Shown: piece after piece, positions 11,335 through 21,410 of the stretch | How positions within the stretch are numbered: position 1 is the stretch's first letter | Layout of the letters: each line of letters starts with the position of its first letter | DNA from: an uncultured Gammaproteobacteria bacterium | Lineage (GTDB): Bacteria > Pseudomonadota > Gammaproteobacteria > GCA-002705445 > GCA-002716945 | Assembly (NCBI GenBank): GCA_902605525.1 | Contig: CACLCV010000004.1 | Span: 1 to 53,711 of the forward strand | Length of the DNA: 53,711 nt | Reading direction: 5' to 3' | Position numbers and translations under genes: made by a program | The notes under the pieces: generated by a model | Seen by the model: the letters and a program-made list of their open reading frames with translations, nothing else | Databases searched by the model: none | Told to the model about the DNA's origin: nothing

Positions 11335-12690
11335 ATGAATTGCTCTAGATTAGTAAAAAAAGATCTAAAAACTGTGTGGCATCCGTGTACACAGATGAAA
11401 GATCACGAAAAGATTCCTATGATCCCAATAAAATCAGGCAAAGGAGTTTGGTTATATGACTATGATGACAATAAATATCTCGACGCCATAAGCTCTTGGT
11501 GGGTGAACATCTTTGGCCATTCAAATACTTATATTAATAACAGCATTAAAAAGCAATTATCAAAACTTGAGCATGTACTTCTTGCTGGCTTTACTCATGA
11601 ACCGGCGATAAATCTTGCTGAAGGATTAATGTCAATCACACCCAAAAAAATTACAAAATGTTTTTTTACCGACAATGGATCATCGTCTATCGATGCTGCG
11701 ATGAAAATGAGTTATCACTATTGGCAAAATAAAGGTAAGAAATCTAAAAAGGGTTTTATTGCCCTATCTAATAGCTACCATGGCGAAACTTTAGGTTCTT
11801 TATCAGTAAGTAACATAGATCTATATAAAAAAACTTATGAAAGCATACTTAAAGATACAATCATTGTTGATTCGCCTGATAGTTATCGTAAGAAAGAGAA
11901 TGTGTCTGAACAAGAACATTCTGAACAAATGTTCAATAAGATGTTTAAAGCTCTAAAAGATAACCACAGAAATGTTTGTGCGGTGATTGTTGAACCATTA
12001 ATTCAATGCGCTGGATATATGAGAATGTACCATTACAAATACTTAGAGTTACTTAGAGAAGCTTGTACTAAATTCAATGTTCATCTTATAGCTGATGAAA
12101 TCGCAGTTGGCTTTGGACGAACAGGAACTATGTTTGGGTTTGAACAAGCTAAGATAACACCAGATATTATATGTTTATCGAAAGGTATCACAGGCGGTTA
12201 TATGACTCTATCAACCATACTCACTACTGATGATATATATGATGCCTTTTATGATGAATATGAAAAGCTCAATGCTTTTCTCCATTCACATAGCTATACT
12301 GCTAATCCTATCGCTTGTTCAGCTGCTAATGCAACCTTGGATTTATTTAAAAAGAAGAAGGTTATTGAAAATAATAAAAAGTTATCACTTCATATGAAAA
12401 AATGTTTTGAGTCTTTAAATGACCATCCGCATGTATCTGACGTAAGGCAGAAAGGCATGGTGCTTGCAATAGAGTTAGTTAAGAATAAAAAAAAGAAACT
12501 TGCTTACGATTGGAAAGAACGAAGAGGTATCAAAGCATATCTTCATGGCTTAAAGAATAATGTTCTCATGAGACCTCTCGGTAATGTACTTTACTTTATG
12601 CCCCCTTATGTTATTACAAAAAAAGAGATATCATTTGTATCAGAAATTATGAAAGAAGGCGTAGATGAAGCAACAAAAAAAAATTCATAG
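11335..12690 (+). CDS. bioA: Adenosylmethionine-8-amino-7-oxononanoate aminotransferase (class III PLP)
   Basis: VWHPCTQM, SSWWVN, SYHGET, LIADEIAVGFGRTG, LSKGITGGY, HSHSYTANP, RPLGNVLYFMPPY. Confidence 0.93.
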   Translation: MNCSRLVKKDLKTVWHPCTQMKDHEKIPMIPIKSGKGVWLYDYDDNKYLDAISSWWVNIFGHSNTYINNSIKKQLSKLEHVLLAGFTHEPAINLAEGLMSITPKKITKCFFTDNGSSSIDAAMKMSYHYWQNKGKKSKKGFIALSNSYHGETLGSLSVSNIDLYKKTYESILKDTIIVDSPDSYRKKENVSEQEHSEQMFNKMFKALKDNHRNVCAVIVEPLIQCAGYMRMYHYKYLELLREACTKFNVHLIADEIAVGFGRTGTMFGFEQAKITPDIICLSKGITGGYMTLSTILTTDDIYDAFYDEYEKLNAFLHSHSYTANPIACSAANATLDLFKKKKVIENNKKLSLHMKKCFESLNDHPHVSDVRQKGMVLAIELVKNKKKKLAYDWKERRGIKAYLHGLKNNVLMRPLGNVLYFMPPYVITKKEISFVSEIMKEGVDEATKKNS

Positions 12691-13396
12691 ATTATTTGTT
12701 AATTCGGAACTAAAAAAAGATACTCACACTTGCTCTAGTGAGCTATCTCGTAGGATAATGAATGTACTGCGCATCAAAGAAAGTGATGAATTAATTATAT
12801 TTAATAATCATAAAAATCAATATTTATGCTCTCTTGACTTTGAAAACAAAATAGTCACGCTCACATTTAAGAAAAGTATGGCTTCCGATACATTCCTGAA
12901 AAAGAAAATTTCTCTTGCTGTATCTATCGTAAGTATGAAAATGATGGATTTAATAATCCAGAAATCTGTAGAATTAGGAGTAACTGAATTTCATCCAGTT
13001 TATACGAATAGAAGCCAATATAAAGATATAAGTAAAAAAATATCTCACTGGGAAAAGATTATTATTCACGCAAGTGAACAGTCAGGAAGATGTGAATTGA
13101 TGAAAATTTATCCACCTTTAACATTAGATGAGTATATTATTTCTAATAGTAAAGGTCCAAGATATATACTCCATCAACATGGTGAGGTTTTTTCTGATAA
13201 TGAATTATCTGGTGACCATATATCTTTTTTCATAGGACCGGAGGGAGGCTTTGAGGATATTGAACTAAATACTTTTATGAAAAATGAATGGAAAATGAAA
13301 AAAATTAGTGTGAATATACTTAGGACTGAAACTGCATGCATATCTGCGATAACATTAATAAATAATTATGAAAGCTTTTCAAGACATAGTTTATAG
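12665..13396 (+). CDS. rsmE: 16S rRNA m3U1498 methyltransferase
   Basis: KSVELGV, ASEQSGR, IGPEGGF, ILRTETA; follows bioA. Confidence 0.93.
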   Translation: MKQQKKIHRLFVNSELKKDTHTCSSELSRRIMNVLRIKESDELIIFNNHKNQYLCSLDFENKIVTLTFKKSMASDTFLKKKISLAVSIVSMKMMDLIIQKSVELGVTEFHPVYTNRSQYKDISKKISHWEKIIIHASEQSGRCELMKIYPPLTLDEYIISNSKGPRYILHQHGEVFSDNELSGDHISFFIGPEGGFEDIELNTFMKNEWKMKKISVNILRTETACISAITLINNYESFSRHSL

Positions 13397-14603
13397 CAAT
13401 AGAAAGAACCATGAAAATATTCATGAAAAAATAATTGCTAGCCACCAACAAATTGAGGGTTGGTTCAGAAATCAGTGGCTCAAATATCCTGCTCCTTTTT
13501 ATTCCTCTATAGATATTAGAAATTCTGGATTTAAAATATCACCTATTGATACAAATTTATTTCCAGCTGGTTTCAATAATCTCAATAGTGATTTTCAATC
13601 ACTTTATGTTACTGCTGTTAAACATTCATTAGACATTCTTAAAACAAAAATTAATAAAATTCTTATTATCCCAGAGGATCACACTAGAAATGAGCGCTAC
13701 TTGGACAGCCTTGGGTATCTATCAACGCTGATTGAAAAAGCAGGTTATGAAGTAAAAGTGTCGAAACCAAGTATCACGGACAATAGTAAATTCAAAAATA
13801 TAAATTCTTTACTAGAATATGATGGGTTTATTCCTGATGCAATTCTTCTTAATAATGACTTATCTGCAGGTGTACCATCATTTTTAGATAATGTTAAACA
13901 AGTAATATTACCATCGAAAAATATTGGATGGACGAAACGTTCTAAAACAGATCACTTTAACTACTACAGTGATGTATGTAGTAATTTTAGTAATCTTTTA
14001 GAGATAGACTCTTGGATGATTGATCCTGAATTTAGAAACTGTGGTGAAATTAATTTTAAAACAAAACAAGGTGAAGATTGCTTGGTATATAATGCAGAAA
14101 AGCTATTTAAAATAATTTCGGAGAAATATGAAAAATATGATATTGATGAAAAGCCTTTTATTATTATAAAAGCTGATTCAGGAACTTATGGAATGGGCGT
14201 TATATCGATTGATTCTATTGATCAAATTAAGAATCTCAATCGCAAGCAAAGAAATAAAATGTTATCAACAAAAGGCAATGTTTTATTAAATAAAGTTATA
14301 CTTCAAGAGGGAGTATATTCATTCGAGGAAACCAAAGAGTCATGTAATGTGGCAGAGCCAGTTATATATTCTTTCTCTAATTTTCTTATTGGTGGTTTTT
14401 ATAGAACTCATGAAAATAAAGCAAATAATGAAAACTTAAACTCTCCTGGTATGATATTTCAACCGATACCCTTAAATGATATATGTATTTCTCCCGATTT
14501 AAGCCTTGATATAGATTCACAAATAAATAAGTATTATGTGTATGGTGTTGTGGCTCGCCTTGCAATTCTTGCAGCCGCTAAAGAACTGTTCAATCTTGAT
14601 TAA
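13368..14603 (+). CDS. gshA: Glutamate-cysteine ligase, ATP-grasp-like GshA type (non-E. coli family)
   Basis: PFYSSIDIRNSGFKISPIDTNLFPAGFNNL, IKADSGTYGMG, ILQEGV, EPVIY, GGFYR; immediately upstream of gshB. Confidence 0.88.
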   Translation: MKAFQDIVYSNRKNHENIHEKIIASHQQIEGWFRNQWLKYPAPFYSSIDIRNSGFKISPIDTNLFPAGFNNLNSDFQSLYVTAVKHSLDILKTKINKILIIPEDHTRNERYLDSLGYLSTLIEKAGYEVKVSKPSITDNSKFKNINSLLEYDGFIPDAILLNNDLSAGVPSFLDNVKQVILPSKNIGWTKRSKTDHFNYYSDVCSNFSNLLEIDSWMIDPEFRNCGEINFKTKQGEDCLVYNAEKLFKIISEKYEKYDIDEKPFIIIKADSGTYGMGVISIDSIDQIKNLNRKQRNKMLSTKGNVLLNKVILQEGVYSFEETKESCNVAEPVIYSFSNFLIGGFYRTHENKANNENLNSPGMIFQPIPLNDICISPDLSLDIDSQINKYYVYGVVARLAILAAAKELFNLD

Positions 14604-14605
14604 AT

Positions 14606-15544
14606 ATGTATGTAATCGGTATCTTAATGGACCCTATTGAATCTGTAAATTTCAAAACAGATTCATCAATTAGTATTATTAACTCATTACAAAAAAAAGC
14701 TCGTATCAAACTTATTTTACCAGATACTATTTTTACTGAATCAAATTGTGTTTATGCAAAGGTGTCTGATTTTTGCATTAACTCTCTTAATAAAAGAAAG
14801 TATAGACTGAGTAACAAAAAAATTATTAACTTAAATAAGTTAGATTGTATTTTTTTTAGAAAAGACCCTCCTGTAGATCATCACTACCTAACATTAGTAC
14901 AAATAATTAAAGAACTTGAATTCCAAAATACTCTTGTTTTAAATTCACCGGATTCTTTACTAAAATTTAATGAAAAATTACTTGGATATCAATTGTCTAA
15001 TCCAAAAATACCAACAATTATAGGAGATAACCAAAAAAAAATATTAGATTTCTTGATTCAGCATAAAGAAGTTGTTTTAAAGCCAATAAATTTGATGGCA
15101 GGTAGTGGAATTATAAAACTTCAATATAATAAACATGCACATACACTAATAAATCAATATATAAAGAAATATAAAATTATAATTGCTCAAAAATATCTAA
15201 AAGAAATTAAAAATGGCGATAATAGAATTATAATATATAACGGTATAATTGAAAAAAATGTCCTTACACGCTTTCCTGCAAAAGGTGACTTCCGAGCAAA
15301 TCTAGCATGTGGCGGTAGTTATGAAATAACTAAACTGAATAATAAATATCTTCCTCTATTAAATGAGGTAGCATCATTTCTAAAATATTATAGGATATTT
15401 TTTGCGGGTGTGGATATGATAGGTAAATATATTACTGAAATAAATATTACTTCACCAACTGGTGTACAGCAAATACGAAATAGATTATCCACGAAAATAT
15501 CAAATGAACTTTTAAAAATAATTAATAAATATCACGGGTCTTGA
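14606..15544 (+). CDS. gshB: Glutathione synthetase
   Basis: MDPIE, FFRKDPP, NEKL, FRANLACGG, GVDMIG, EINITSPTG. Confidence 0.93.
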   Translation: MYVIGILMDPIESVNFKTDSSISIINSLQKKARIKLILPDTIFTESNCVYAKVSDFCINSLNKRKYRLSNKKIINLNKLDCIFFRKDPPVDHHYLTLVQIIKELEFQNTLVLNSPDSLLKFNEKLLGYQLSNPKIPTIIGDNQKKILDFLIQHKEVVLKPINLMAGSGIIKLQYNKHAHTLINQYIKKYKIIIAQKYLKEIKNGDNRIIIYNGIIEKNVLTRFPAKGDFRANLACGGSYEITKLNNKYLPLLNEVASFLKYYRIFFAGVDMIGKYITEINITSPTGVQQIRNRLSTKISNELLKIINKYHGS

Positions 15545-15551
15545 TAATTAA

Positions 15552-15971
15552 ATGAATAATTGTTTCTTACTTGGTATTGATTATGGTTCTAAAAAGACAG
15601 GTTTAGCGATAGGCCAAAGCATTACAAGAAATTCACGACCATTAAAAGTTATATATTGTAATTATATAGATGAAATAAAAAAAGTTATCTACGAATGGGA
15701 TATTAAAAAAATAGTCATTGGATATCCTGAATATAAGAAAGAAAACAATGTTCACAAAGAGATAAAATCTTTTGCAGAGGATATTCAAGGGTCATTAGAT
15801 TTTGATATAGAAATTATATTTCATGATGAGCTCCTAACTAGTGAGATGGCCAGGAATAGTTTTGCTGAGATGAGAAACAGTGGTGTAACTAAAAAGAAAT
15901 CCTCAGATTATGATGATATATCTGCATCTATTATCTTGCAAAGCTGGATTAATGAAAATATTATTGATTAG
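15552..15971 (+). CDS. yqgF: YqgF/RuvX family RNase H-fold nuclease (pre-16S rRNA processing)
   Basis: LGIDYGSKKTGLAIG, DELLTS, DDISASIILQSW. Confidence 0.9.
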   Translation: MNNCFLLGIDYGSKKTGLAIGQSITRNSRPLKVIYCNYIDEIKKVIYEWDIKKIVIGYPEYKKENNVHKEIKSFAEDIQGSLDFDIEIIFHDELLTSEMARNSFAEMRNSGVTKKKSSDYDDISASIILQSWINENIID

Positions 15972-16910
15972 ATGAAAATAAATCATAGTATTCAGATTCA
16001 AGACAATAAACTCAAGCACTTTCTGAATATCAAGTCCTTACCCAAAGCTCATATATTAGAGTTAATATCAAAAGCAGAGGATATTCATAATAATAACAAA
16101 ATATCAAAATACCCAAATAAAGTAGTTGCTAGCTTATTTTTTGAACCGAGTACTCGTACAAAAACAACTTTTGAATTAGCCTCAAAAAAGATTTCAGCAG
16201 ATTTTATTAATATTGATATATCTAATTCTTCAACTTCAAAAGGCGAATCTATATTGGATATGATTAAAACAATAGAAGCAATGAGCTGTCAAATGTTTAT
16301 AGTTAGACATTCTGTTCCTGGCACAGCGCATTACATTGCAGAATCAGTAAGTAATAATATCTCTGTAATTAATGCCGGAGATGGGTCTAATGAACACCCT
16401 ACTCAAGCAATGCTTGATATGTTTACTATCAAAAAACATAAAGGGCGTTTCGACGATCTAAAAGTTTCAATAGTTGGTGATATTCTTCACTCTCGTGTAG
16501 CAAAATCACTTATATATTCACTAAATATTTTAGGAACTAAAGAAATAAGTATTATTGGTCCTAAAAGCTTAATACCAGAGAACTACAGCAAAATGAATGT
16601 AAATTATTTTTCTGATATGAACAAAGGCATTGAGGATGCAGATGTTATCATTATGCTTAGATTGCAAAAAGAAAGGATGCATGATGCATTAATATCTATG
16701 GACTCATACTATGATGATTATGGATTAAATAAAAATCGACTTGAATACGCAAAAAGTGATGTAATAGTTATGCACCCTGGGCCAATCAATAGAGGAATAG
16801 AAATTGAATCTTCTGTAGCAGATGGACCAAATTCAGTTATATTAAATCAAGTTTCATATGGTATATCTGTAAGGATGGCTATCATGTCTATGTTGTTTGA
16901 TAATAATTAA
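15972..16910 (+). CDS. pyrB: Aspartate carbamoyltransferase catalytic subunit
   Basis: FFEPSTRT, INAGDG, HPTQAMLD, RLQKER, HPGPINRG. Confidence 0.97.
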   Translation: MKINHSIQIQDNKLKHFLNIKSLPKAHILELISKAEDIHNNNKISKYPNKVVASLFFEPSTRTKTTFELASKKISADFINIDISNSSTSKGESILDMIKTIEAMSCQMFIVRHSVPGTAHYIAESVSNNISVINAGDGSNEHPTQAMLDMFTIKKHKGRFDDLKVSIVGDILHSRVAKSLIYSLNILGTKEISIIGPKSLIPENYSKMNVNYFSDMNKGIEDADVIIMLRLQKERMHDALISMDSYYDDYGLNKNRLEYAKSDVIVMHPGPINRGIEIESSVADGPNSVILNQVSYGISVRMAIMSMLFDNN

Positions 16911-16912
16911 AC

Positions 16913-17569
16913 ATGCATTTAAATTATATTGATAACTATAAAAGTATAATTGAAATTATCAATGAACATAAAAAAGTTAATAATAGAGATATTCGTCTTA
17001 TAGTTGTCTCCAAAACGCAAGATTATACAAAAATAATTGAACTTGAAAAGCTTGGACAGAGAGATTTTGGGGAGAATTATTTAGATGAAGCTAGAGAAAA
17101 AATTATACAAGTAAATAATCCAAACATTGTTTGGCATTACATTGGGTCAATCCAATCAAATAAAATAAAAAAGATATCTGAAAACTTCTCATGGATTCAT
17201 ACTGTTTCATCCGAAAAGCATGCTCATAAAATAAATGATGTTTGTAGTAAACTGGATAAAATTATGAATATATGTATACAAATTAATATTGATAATGAAG
17301 AAACGAAAGGTGGTGTAGACATAGAGGAATATAATAATCTTTCGTTAATTGTTCGGAACATGAAAAACATAAGATTAAGAGGAATAATGGCAATACCAAA
17401 GGTTAGTCAATCCTCTGTAAAGTCATTTGCTAAAATGAAAGATTTGTATGATAGACATCAATATTTAGATACACTGTCTATGGGAATGAGCAAAGATTAC
17501 ATTTCTGCAATTGAATATAATGCAAATATGCTTAGAATAGGCCAACAAATATTTGGTAAAAGAACATGA
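16913..17569 (+). CDS. yggS: PLP homeostasis protein, YggS family
   Basis: VVSKTQ (PLP lysine), FGENY, WHYIGSIQSNK, LSMGMS, LRIG. Confidence 0.93.
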   Translation: MHLNYIDNYKSIIEIINEHKKVNNRDIRLIVVSKTQDYTKIIELEKLGQRDFGENYLDEAREKIIQVNNPNIVWHYIGSIQSNKIKKISENFSWIHTVSSEKHAHKINDVCSKLDKIMNICIQINIDNEETKGGVDIEEYNNLSLIVRNMKNIRLRGIMAIPKVSQSSVKSFAKMKDLYDRHQYLDTLSMGMSKDYISAIEYNANMLRIGQQIFGKRT

Positions 17570-18363
17570 TAAATCGAGTGACAATAATTGGAGCAGGTAA
17601 TCTTACTAGTTCGCTGCTTACAGCAATTCATAGAAATAGATTTTCATATAAAATAGATGTTATTGATACTAATAAAAAAAAGAAGTTTAGTTTAAAAAAA
17701 TTTAATGTAAATTTCTTTTCATCGTATACAGATGTTGTGACTAGATCTAACCTAATCATACTTATGGTAAAACCAAATAACTATATTGAGGTTATCAAGG
17801 AGATAAATCCTCTCTTATCTGAAAAAACGATCTTAGTTAGCTTTATGGCTGGCATCCGGTGTACTTCAATAAAAAATAAACTTAGTCAAGATATTCCTGT
17901 AGTACGATGCATGACTAATATAACTATTAGTGATTCTGAAGCACATATCTTTTATCATATGAAGCCTTTTTCAAAAAATATAGCTGATATACTTAATAAA
18001 TTTTTCGGCACTTTCTCTAAATTAAAAAAATGTATTAATGAAGGTGATATTGACAAAATTACAGCACTCTACGGCAGTGGCCCAGCATATTATGTCTACT
18101 TCAATAAAATTATAAAAGATGTGTTTATTAATATGGGTTACAGCGAAAAAGATGCTACTATTTTTACAAATGATCTAATGCGTGGAACATCAAAAATAAT
18201 AAAAAATAATAAAAACTCTGATGATATTATATCAGCTATCGCCTCAAAAGGGGGTACTACACAAGCTGCATTAACTGAATTAAAAAATAATAAAGTTGAC
18301 AGTACGATTCTAAAAGCTATAAAAAAGGCATATAAGAAATCAAAAAATATACTTAAAAAATAA
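17566..18363 (+). CDS. proC: Pyrroline-5-carboxylate reductase (divergent)
   Basis: IIGAGN, VKP, VSFMAG, VVRCMTN, GSGPAY, SKGGTT; canonical yggS-proC-yggT position. Confidence 0.85.
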   Translation: MINRVTIIGAGNLTSSLLTAIHRNRFSYKIDVIDTNKKKKFSLKKFNVNFFSSYTDVVTRSNLIILMVKPNNYIEVIKEINPLLSEKTILVSFMAGIRCTSIKNKLSQDIPVVRCMTNITISDSEAHIFYHMKPFSKNIADILNKFFGTFSKLKKCINEGDIDKITALYGSGPAYYVYFNKIIKDVFINMGYSEKDATIFTNDLMRGTSKIIKNNKNSDDIISAIASKGGTTQAALTELKNNKVDSTILKAIKKAYKKSKNILKK

Positions 18364-18911
18364 TGTCAGGATCAGCATCAATAATTTATTTATTCCTAAG
18401 TGCTTGTCAATTCATTATCTTGCTAAGGTTCTTTTGTCAGGCATGTAAAGTTAATTATTATAATCCTGTAACACAATCAATCGTTAAACTGAGTGGATAT
18501 CTAGTCAAGCCTTTTGAATATATTGGACTTAATCTCACGGCTTATTTTTTATTTATAATATTATTTCTTTTCACATTTTTAAAATTATATCTTCCTCTTA
18601 TATTCAACAGTCAGACCTATCCATTAGATAATTTATTAATTATATCTCTAGGCTATCTACTGCGTGACATAATTAATATCTACTGGTACCTAATAGTAAT
18701 CTCAGCTATTAAAAGTTGGTTTAATGTATTTGTAAACCACCCTGTTTTTGGCCTTGTAGATGAATTATGTGAACCTATTTATCGTTATATCAGATCAATA
18801 GTACCCACATTATCCGGAATTGATTTTTCACCTATAATAATCCTTGTGTTATTACAGATATTAGAGATAGTATTAATTCCTAGAATTTTTAACTTAACGA
18901 GCTTACTATAA
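18363..18911 (+). CDS. yggT: YggT family membrane protein
   Basis: Hydrophobic, two YGGT repeats ([11 protein letters not shown]; [12 protein letters not shown]...GIDFSPII). Confidence 0.88.
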   Translation: MSGSASIIYLFLSACQFIILLRFFCQACKVNYYNPVTQSIVKLSGYLVKPFEYIGLNLTAYFLFIILFLFTFLKLYLPLIFNSQTYPLDNLLIISLGYLLRDIINIYWYLIVISAIKSWFNVFVNHPVFGLVDELCEPIYRYIRSIVPTLSGIDFSPIIILVLLQILEIVLIPRIFNLTSLL

Positions 18912-18912
18912 A

Positions 18913-20007
18913 TTGGATATTATTAAGGAACATAAGCTTTCAATAGACATACCATTGAAGCTAAAGTCTGGCAAAACATTAAATTCATATGATTTAGTTT
19001 ATGAAACATATGGTCAGCTCAATGATAATAAAGATAATGCTGTTCTAATCTGTCATGCTCTGTCTGGCAATCATCATGTAGCTGGTTATCACGAAGGTGA
19101 CAATAAACCTGGCTGGTGGGATAATATGATTGGCTCAGGCAAACCTATTAATACCAATAAACTCTTTGTTGTATGTGTAAATAACATAGGCGGATGCCAT
19201 GGTTCAACCGGACCGGCAAGTATTAATATAGAAACAGGAACAAATTATGGTTTTGATTTTCCTGTCGTTACAGTACAAGATTGGGTAAATAGTCAAAAAG
19301 TTCTAATGGATAATTTAGGTATTAACAAATGGCAATTCGTTGTTGGAGGTAGTCTTGGAGGTATGCAAGCTTTCCAATGGACACTTGATTATCCAGATTA
19401 TATTGACAATGCAATTATTATTGCTGCTGCCCCGAAATTAACAGCTCAAAATATTGCATTCAATGAAGTCGCTAGACAAGCAATCATGAACGATCCAGAT
19501 TGGTGTGGAGGTAATTATTTAAAAGAAGATAAAATTCCAAAAAGAGGATTAGCTTTAGCTAGAATGCTAGGCCACATAACATATTTATCTGATAAGTCTA
19601 TGGCTGAGAAATTTGGGCGTGATTTAAAGCAAGAAAAGATTGGCTTCAATTTTGATGTAGAATTTCAAATAGAAAGTTACCTGAGATACCAAGGTGAAAA
19701 GTTTGTTAACTCATTTGATGCGAACACATATCTTTTGATGACTAAAGCTTTAGATTATTATGATCCTGTTAGTGATAGTGAATTTATAGATAAAATATCT
19801 TCAACAATGACGAAGTTTTTATTAATATCTTTTACATCTGATTGGAGATTCCCCCCTAGCAGATCAGAAGAAATTGTAAAAACTTTAATAAGTTATAACA
19901 AAAGTGTTTCATATGCATGTGTCAAATCTGACGGAGGACATGATGCATTTTTAATGAAAAATGATAATTATTTTGATGTTATGAGAAATTTTATCGAGAA
20001 TAATTAG
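18913..20007 (+). CDS. metX: Homoserine O-acyltransferase, MetX family (acetyl vs succinyl specificity not determinable); TTG start
   Basis: CHALSG, nucleophile [21 protein letters not shown]. Confidence 0.93.
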   Translation: MDIIKEHKLSIDIPLKLKSGKTLNSYDLVYETYGQLNDNKDNAVLICHALSGNHHVAGYHEGDNKPGWWDNMIGSGKPINTNKLFVVCVNNIGGCHGSTGPASINIETGTNYGFDFPVVTVQDWVNSQKVLMDNLGINKWQFVVGGSLGGMQAFQWTLDYPDYIDNAIIIAAAPKLTAQNIAFNEVARQAIMNDPDWCGGNYLKEDKIPKRGLALARMLGHITYLSDKSMAEKFGRDLKQEKIGFNFDVEFQIESYLRYQGEKFVNSFDANTYLLMTKALDYYDPVSDSEFIDKISSTMTKFLLISFTSDWRFPPSRSEEIVKTLISYNKSVSYACVKSDGGHDAFLMKNDNYFDVMRNFIENN

Positions 20008-20008
20008 T

Positions 20009-20593
20009 ATGGCAAGAAAAGACTTTAAAGTAATTTCAGAGTGGGTGAAACAAGATTCTAGAATACTTGATCTAGGCTGCGGCGACGGCTCTCTTCTTAA
20101 GCTTCTTTCTAAAGAGAGGAACGGGAACGGTTATGGTGTGGATACATCCATAGATAAGATTATAAAATCTCTAGACAATAATATAAATGTTATTAATGCT
20201 GATATAAACAACAAATTAGATTACTTTAGTGACGATAGCTTTGACTATGTAATATTAGCTCAATCTTTACAAGTGGTTAACAATCCTGTGGATTTGATAA
20301 AAGAAATGCTAAGAATCGGAAATGAAGTTATTATTTCGTTCCCTAACATGGGTTACTGGAAATCAAGATTTTACCTTTTTTTGAAAGGCAGAATGCCTGT
20401 AACAAGTGAATTGCCATATAGCTGGCATTCGACTCCAAATATACATTTATGCACTATTAAAGACTTTAAACAGATGTGCCATACAAATAACTTTACAATT
20501 GTTGATGAGGTAATTAGCAGCGGCAAAGGTAGCACTGTATCTCCAAGTCTGAGTAATTTACTAGGAGAGTCTGCAATTTTTAAAGTCAGATAG
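20009..20593 (+). CDS. metW: Methionine biosynthesis protein MetW
   Basis: ILDLGCGDG, FDYVILAQSLQ, SFPNMGYW, PNIHLCT; follows metX. Confidence 0.93.
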   Translation: MARKDFKVISEWVKQDSRILDLGCGDGSLLKLLSKERNGNGYGVDTSIDKIIKSLDNNINVINADINNKLDYFSDDSFDYVILAQSLQVVNNPVDLIKEMLRIGNEVIISFPNMGYWKSRFYLFLKGRMPVTSELPYSWHSTPNIHLCTIKDFKQMCHTNNFTIVDEVISSGKGSTVSPSLSNLLGESAIFKVR

Positions 20594-21029
20594 CTCTCTC
20601 ATTTTTCAGATTAATAAAATCTTGATGTTTAACATAAATTAAGTCGCAAACTTTCCTGATTGTGTAATCTTCATACTTATCAATTTTGGAATCTATATAT
20701 GCTATATCCCACATAAAACCAATAATAACTAGCTTTTGCTTGTAGCTACATTCTTTGTTAATAATATCTGTCCATTCGTACAGGGATATCATTTTATTAT
20801 GATGATTATTACTAGCAGAAAAAACCTCTGCTATCTCGTCATCCGTAAGAGAAAATTTATCTTTAATTAATGATATTATCTTTTCTTGCTCTTCTGGATC
20901 ATAATCATCATCGCTTTTAGACACCTCTATTAGGAGAATGCATGTAGCTAGTTGCAGTTGATGAATATCTAGATCATTGTCACTTTTAGGTTCACTAGAT
21001 TTTTTGAAAAGCTTGTCTAGTAAATTCAA
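20586..21029 (-). CDS. TerB family (tellurite-resistance-like) protein
   Basis: LLIEVSKSDDDYDPEE...MWDIAYIDSKIDKYEDYTIRKVCDLI resembles the TerB fold. Confidence 0.72.
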   Translation of the reverse strand: MNLLDKLFKKSSEPKSDNDLDIHQLQLATCILLIEVSKSDDDYDPEEQEKIISLIKDKFSLTDDEIAEVFSASNNHHNKMISLYEWTDIINKECSYKQKLVIIGFMWDIAYIDSKIDKYEDYTIRKVCDLIYVKHQDFINLKNERAI

Positions 21030-21032
21030 CTT

Positions 21033-21362
21033 TTAATTAAATGTTTGTTTTAGTGAGTACGAGCCGCTGTTGTCATATTCATAAAAGAATATATCTACAA
21101 ATGGGTGATCAACTGGATCTATATTTTGATCAGATGTTAGATTAGATTCTGCAACATATGTCTCATTGCCTTGTCCATGAACAAGTACATGGTACCAGGG
21201 TTTGTTTTTATCAGGCTTAGACTTAGCTACTGATTCATACCATTCATCAGTTCCTTGAAAGTTTGGATCTGCATCAACTATTACACCACGATACTTGAAT
21301 TTTGAGTGATAAACAATTTGTCCGAGACTGAATTTAGCGTTTTTTGGTGATAATTCTGACAT
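21033..21362 (-). CDS. hspQ: Heat shock protein HspQ (YccV-like domain)
   Basis: AKFSLGQIVYH..FKYRGVIVDADP, PWYHVLV, TYVAESNL, HPFV. Confidence 0.88.
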   Translation of the reverse strand: MSELSPKNAKFSLGQIVYHSKFKYRGVIVDADPNFQGTDEWYESVAKSKPDKNKPWYHVLVHGQGNETYVAESNLTSDQNIDPVDHPFVDIFFYEYDNSGSYSLKQTFN

Positions 21363-21410
21363 ACTTCTATTATATGTCTTTAATCATTCTTTTTAAAGCA
21401 ACTTTGTAAA

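Noticed and set aside
20627-20654. TTTAACATAA resembling a XerD arm
   Set aside because: Lies within the TerB-like CDS and has no XerC arm at the right spacing.
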